Origin: an uncultured Methanoregulaceae archaeon
GTDB taxonomy: Archaea > Halobacteriota > Methanomicrobia > Methanomicrobiales > Methanospirillaceae
DNA: 64,000 nucleotides
Assembly: GCA_963790005.1 (NCBI GenBank)
Contig: CAWBMY010000027.1
Location: forward strand, 3,213 to 67,212
Reading direction: 5' to 3'
Positions 58,968 through 64,000 of the stretch are shown here, in pieces. The notes under the pieces were generated by a model. The model was not told where the DNA came from and searched no databases. It saw only the letters and a list, made by a program, of their open reading frames with translations. The position numbers and the translations under genes are program-made. Each line of letters begins with the position of its first letter. The first letter of the stretch is position 1.

Positions 58968-61380
58968 ATGACTACCATAGGATCCTCAATCCGAAAACAG
59001 GCAAAGCCTGCGGTAATGATCTTTTTCCTGCTCACCCTTATCGTGGGCATTCTTTACCCGCTCGTTGTCACAGGTATCGCACAGGTGGTCTTCCCGGTCC
59101 AGTCAAACGGGGATCTCCTCATACATAACGGGCAGGTCGCCGGCTCGTCCCAGATCGGACAGCCGTTCTCATCACCGCAGTATTTCTGGGGCCGGCTCTC
59201 CGCGACATCGCCGGTACCGTACAATGCCGGTGCATCGTCGGGATCCAATCTCGGGCCCAATAACCCGGCCCTTGTGGATCAGGTGAAGGCCCGGGTCGAT
59301 GCCCTCCATGCCGTGGATCCTACCAACACAAAAGAGATTCCGGTCGATCTTGTCACTGCATCGGGAAGCGGCCTTGACCCGGACATTTCAGTTGCCGCCG
59401 CGTACTACCAGGTGCCCCGCGTTGCCCGGGAACGCAACCTGTCCGAATCTGACGTCTCCGCACTCGTTGCATCACAGATCGAGCCCCGCGAGTTCAGGAT
59501 ATTCGGAGAACCGCGGGTAAATGTCCTCTCTTTAAACCTCGCGCTTGATGACATGAGTGCCGGGAAAATCTCCGTGCCGCAGTCTACGGGATCAAACGCC
59601 AATTTCCATAACGGCCCCCTTGACCAAGTCTTTGGCATGAGGATCGCTGACTGGATCCAGATTCTTCTCTTTATCGGCCTCGTTGCGCTCCTTGTCGTGC
59701 CGCTTGGCTCATGGATGGCAAAGGTGTTTACCGGCAGACTTAATTTTTTCTCACCGGTCTTCGACCGGATCGAACATAAGATTCTTGCATGGAGCGGGGT
59801 ATCTCCCGGGGATGAGATGAACTGGAAGCAGTTTGCCGTGGCAGTCATGGTCTTTACGATCCCCTGCATTACAGTCGTCTTTTTCCTCCAGCTTATCCAG
59901 CAGTTCCTGCCCCTTAACCCGGCCGGTCTCGGTGCCGTCCCCTGGGACCTCTCGCTCAACACCGCGGTCAGCTTTGCCACCAACACCAACTGGCAGGCGT
60001 ACGTCCCCGAAGTCACGATGAGTTATTTCACCCAGATGGCCGGCCTAGCCGTCCAGAATTTCCTCTCGGCAGCAGTCGCACTTGCCGTGCTTGTCGCGCT
60101 CATCTGCGCATTCACCCGGAAATCCGGTACCACGATCGGCAACTTCTGGGTGCTGCTGGTAAAAAGCGTCATGATCCTGCTGCCCCTCTGCCTGATCTTT
60201 TCCCTGGTGCTCGTTTCGCAGGGAACACCCCAGACATTTTCCGGCGCGGTAACCGTCCCGCTCCTTGACCCGGTAAAGGACAGCACCGGGGCACTTGTCA
60301 CCACCCAGACGATCCCGCTCGGACCCGTCGCATCCCAGATCGCGATCAAGCAGCTCGGCACGAACGGCGGCGGGTTCTACAACGCAAACTCTGCCCACCC
60401 GCTCGAAAATCCAACGCCATTCTCGAACTTTGCCGAGACATTTGCCATCATTATTATTCCCGCGGCGCTCTGCATGATGTTCGGGGTCATGATCGGATCC
60501 CGGCGGAAAGGGGTTGCACTCCTGATCGCCATGTCCCTTATCTTCCTGCCACTGGTCGGTCTTGCTATCTGGTCTGAGCAGGGTGGCAATCCTGCACTAT
60601 CGTCGCTTGGAATCGACCAGACGCCCTCGCATCTCCAGTCCGGCGGGAACATGGAAGGAAAAGAGGTCAGGTTCGGGATCGTTCCTTCTGCCCTCTTTGC
60701 CGTGGTCACAACCGTGACCTCCTGCGGGGCAGTCAACGCCATGCACGATTCCTTCATGCCGGTGGCAGGCGGGGTTCTCCTCTTTGATATGCAGCTGGGT
60801 GAAGTGGTTTTTGGAGGGGTCGGCTCAGGCCTCTATGGGATGCTCGTTTTTGTCATCATCGCCATGTTCATTGCCGGCCTCATGGTCGGGCGGACACCGG
60901 AACTCTATGGTAAGAAGATCGAGCAGTACCAGATGAAGATGGCGACGATCATTATCCTCATCCCGATTATCCTGATCCTCATATTCACGTCTCTTGCCGT
61001 GCTCACCTCTGCCGGCCAGGCGGCGTCGCGAACCCGGGCCCGCACGGGTTCTCTGAGATCCTGTACGCGTTCACCTCTGCATCGCAGAACAACGGCAGCG
61101 CTTTTGCCGGGCTCTCAGCGAACAGCCTCTTCTACAACCTTACGACCGCGATCTGCATGTTTGTCGGGCGTTATGCAACGATCATTCTCACCCTTGCGCT
61201 TGCCGGATCCCTGGTCACAAAAAAGATCGTTCCCGCAGGAGAAGGAACCCTCCGCGATCACCGGCCGCTCTTCATCATATGGCTGGTTTTTGTCATCATT
61301 GTGATAGGGCACTCAGTTCCTCCCGGCACTCTCGCTCGGGCCCGTTGCGGAATATATGGGTATGGTTGCCGGGGGGCTGA
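58968..61380 (+). CDS. kdpA: Fused KdpC-KdpA subunit of the K+-transporting ATPase (3' indels)
   Basis: N-terminal KdpC ([44 protein letters not shown]) runs in frame into KdpA ([30 protein letters not shown]). Confidence 0.9.
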
Positions 61381-61383
61381 TCC

Positions 61384-63483
61384 ATGTCTGATCTGGCAGA
61401 TACCCGGACGGTCCCGAAGATACCGGGTCTGTACCGGCGGGCGGCCATCGAAGCGGTCAAAAAACTGGATCCGCGTACGCTTATCGGTAACCCGGTCATG
61501 TTTACCGTCGAGGTCGGAAGTGCGGTAACAACCATCCTGTATGTTCAGGCATTACTCGGGCACGGGGAAGCCCCGGCAGGGTTCATCGGTGCGATCTCTG
61601 CATGGCTCTGGTTTACCGTCCTCTTTGCGAACTTTGCCGAGGCGCTTGCGGAAGGCCGGGGCAAGGCACAGGCCGAATCCCTCAGAAAGATGCGGCAGGA
61701 CACGACCGCAAAACGACTGTGTGACCGGTACCGGATCACAAAAGGATGCGAACCGCAGGACAAAGATATCACACTTGTATCCTCTTCAACGCTGCATAAG
61801 TCAGACCTGTTCTACGTAAAAGCCGGAGACACAATCCCGGTGGATGGCGAGATCCTCGAAGGCATCGCATCGATTAACGAAAGCGCGATAACCGGCGAGA
61901 GCGCCCCGGTCATCCGCGAAGCCGGCGGGGACCGTAGTGCAGTCACAGGTGGGACGGTCATCCTTTCCGACTGGCTGATCGTCCGCGTGAGTGCAAATCC
62001 AGGGGAAGGATTCCTCGACCACATGATCAGTCTCATCGAGGGGGCAAAGCGCCAGAAGACGCCAAACGAGATCGCGCTCAACATCCTTTTGCTCGGCCTG
62101 ACCACGATCTTTATCGTTGTGGCTGCGGCGCTCTATGCGTTTTCTGCATACAGCGTCCAGGCCGCCGGGGCCGGGACAACGATCACCATCACGGTGCTCG
62201 TGGCGCTCTTTGTCTGCCTTGCACCGACAACGATCGGCGGGCTCCTCTCTGCTATCGGCATTCCCGGCATGGATCGGCTGATCCAGAGGAACGTGATCAC
62301 GACATCGGGCCGTGCGATCGAGGCGGCCGGGGACGTGGATGTCCTCCTGCTCGACAAGACCGGCACCATCACGCTCGGGAACCGGCAGGCAGTTGAATTT
62401 ATCCCGGTGGACGGGACCACGGTCGAGGACCTTGCCGGGATCGCCCAGCTGGCATCGCTTGCCGATGAAACCCCTGAGGGCCGCAGCATTGTGGTGCTTG
62501 CAAAAGAGAAGTACGGCCTCCGCGGCCGGACGGTCGGCGGCGCAGGACCTGAGCCGGGATGCAGTTTATCCCGTTCTCAAGCCAGACCCGGATGAGCGGT
62601 GTCAATCAGGGAGAACTCCAGATCAGGAAAGGCGCGGCCGATGCGCTGTTTAAGTATATCGAGTGCAGCGGAAACACCGTATCGGATGAACTCAGGCAGA
62701 CTGTCGATACCATCTCGCGTACCGGCGGAACCCCGCTTGTCGTCGCACAGAACGGGAAGGCTCTGGGGGTCATCCACTTAAAAGATATTGTAAAAGGCGG
62801 GATCAAGGAACGGTTTGTCCAACTGCGAAAAATGGGCATCAAGACCGTCATGATCACCGGGGATAACCGGCTCACCGCAGCAACGATTGCCGCAGAAGCA
62901 GGTGTCGATGATTTCCTTGCCGAGGCAACGCCCGAGAGCAAACTTAAACTGATCCGGGAGTACCAGGCAGGCGGGCGGATGGTGGCGATGACCGGCGACG
63001 GGACAAACGATGCCCCGGCGCTTGCGCAGGCAGATGTCGCGGTTGCCATGAATACCGGCACCCAGCCGGCCCGGGAAGCGGCAAACATGATCGATCTCGA
63101 CTCCAACCCGACAAAGCTCATCGAGATCGTGGAGATCGGAAAACGACTTCTTATGACCCGGGGGGCGCTGACCACGTTCTCCATCGCAAACGATATCGCC
63201 AAGTACTTCGCCATCATCCCGGTCGCATTTGCCTCCACGTACCCGTCGCTTTCCGCGCTCAACATCCTCGGGCCTCCACAACGGGATTCTTGCTGCTGTG
63301 ATCTTCAACGCGCTTATCATCGTCGCGCTCATCCCGCTTGCCCTGCGGGGCGTGAGATACAAGGCGATGTCGGCAGAAGAGGCGCTCAGGAATAACATCC
63401 TGATCTACGGAGTCGGCGGGCTTATTGCCCCCTTCATCGGAATAAAGATCATCGATATGCTGCTTGTATTCCTTGGAGTGTGA
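61384..63483 (+). CDS. kdpB: K+-transporting P-type ATPase subunit B, frameshifted
   Basis: [35 protein letters not shown]. Confidence 0.96.
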
Positions 63484-63492
63484 ACCAGACCT

Positions 63493-64000
63493 ATGCCGGG
63501 TTCCCCAGATCATCGTCATGATCAGCGCCCTGATCCCGATGCACTTCTTGCCTGTGTACAAAAGAAGAACTGCAGAAGAAGCGGGGCAAACTCAAGATTT
63601 TTCTTGGTTACATCGCGGGAGTCGGGAAGACCTACGAGATGCTCAAGTCAGCGCATCTCAAAAAAGACGAGGGGATCGATGTCAGGATCGGGTACGTCGA
63701 GCCTCACAAGAGACGCGAGACCGAGGAGCTCATAGAAGGCCTCCCCGTTATTCCCGTGCAGCAGATCGAGTACCATGGGGTAAAATTTCCCGAGATGGAT
63801 CTCGATGCCATTCTTGCCGCACACCCGCAGCTGGTCCTTGTCGACGAGCTCGCCCACACAAACGCCCCAGGTACCCGGCACCCGAAACGGTACCAGGATG
63901 TAGAAGAACTGCTTGCGGCTGGAATCGACGTTTATACCACCTTAAACGTCCAGCACATCGAGAGCCTCAACGATGTGGTGGCCCAGATCACCGGTGTCAT
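63493..64000 (+). CDS. kdpD: KdpD sensor, N-terminal part (runs off the window end)
   Basis: RPDPDALL, LKIFLGYIAGVGKTYEML, LVDELAHTN..G.RHPKRYQDVEELL. Confidence 0.92.

Overview
Chromosomal segment of a hydrogenotrophic methanogen, most likely Methanomicrobiales (Methanoregula-like). Markers include mch, methanogenesis marker 12, porGDAB, pheST-trpS-endA, hisF, ahcY and kdp. Essential genes carry many single-base frameshifts, which points to an unpolished long-read assembly rather than real pseudogenes. Main result: a box C/D methylation-guide sRNA gene between cdc6 and apgM serves as an integration site. A 21-bp core from its 5' end (CGGCAGATGATGAAAGTTACC) occurs at 3677, 10264 and 21829 and delimits two tandem elements. 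Element A (about 3.7-10.3 kb) has no integrase and carries ferritin, katG and ahbDABC. Element B (about 10.3-21.8 kb) is organised like a PICI/SaPI-type virus satellite: tyrosine integrase, small wHTH, D5/SF3 helicase, iteron ori and TerS-like gene, with no capsid or TerL. It also carries a second mini tyrosine recombinase with a palindromic site, low-GC cargo, and a PolB2-arCOG07300-inactive RadA cassette with a candidate DNA-damage box. Other oddities: an 11-nt copy of the sRNA guide in the integrase promoter; a 1-kb non-coding composite after tRNA-Val (32-bp phased repeats, an ORB-like box, a GC-rich multi-hairpin, and a repeat with a second copy at 57.8 kb); and an in-frame KdpC-KdpA fusion. 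All calls come from motif recognition by eye; no searches were run.
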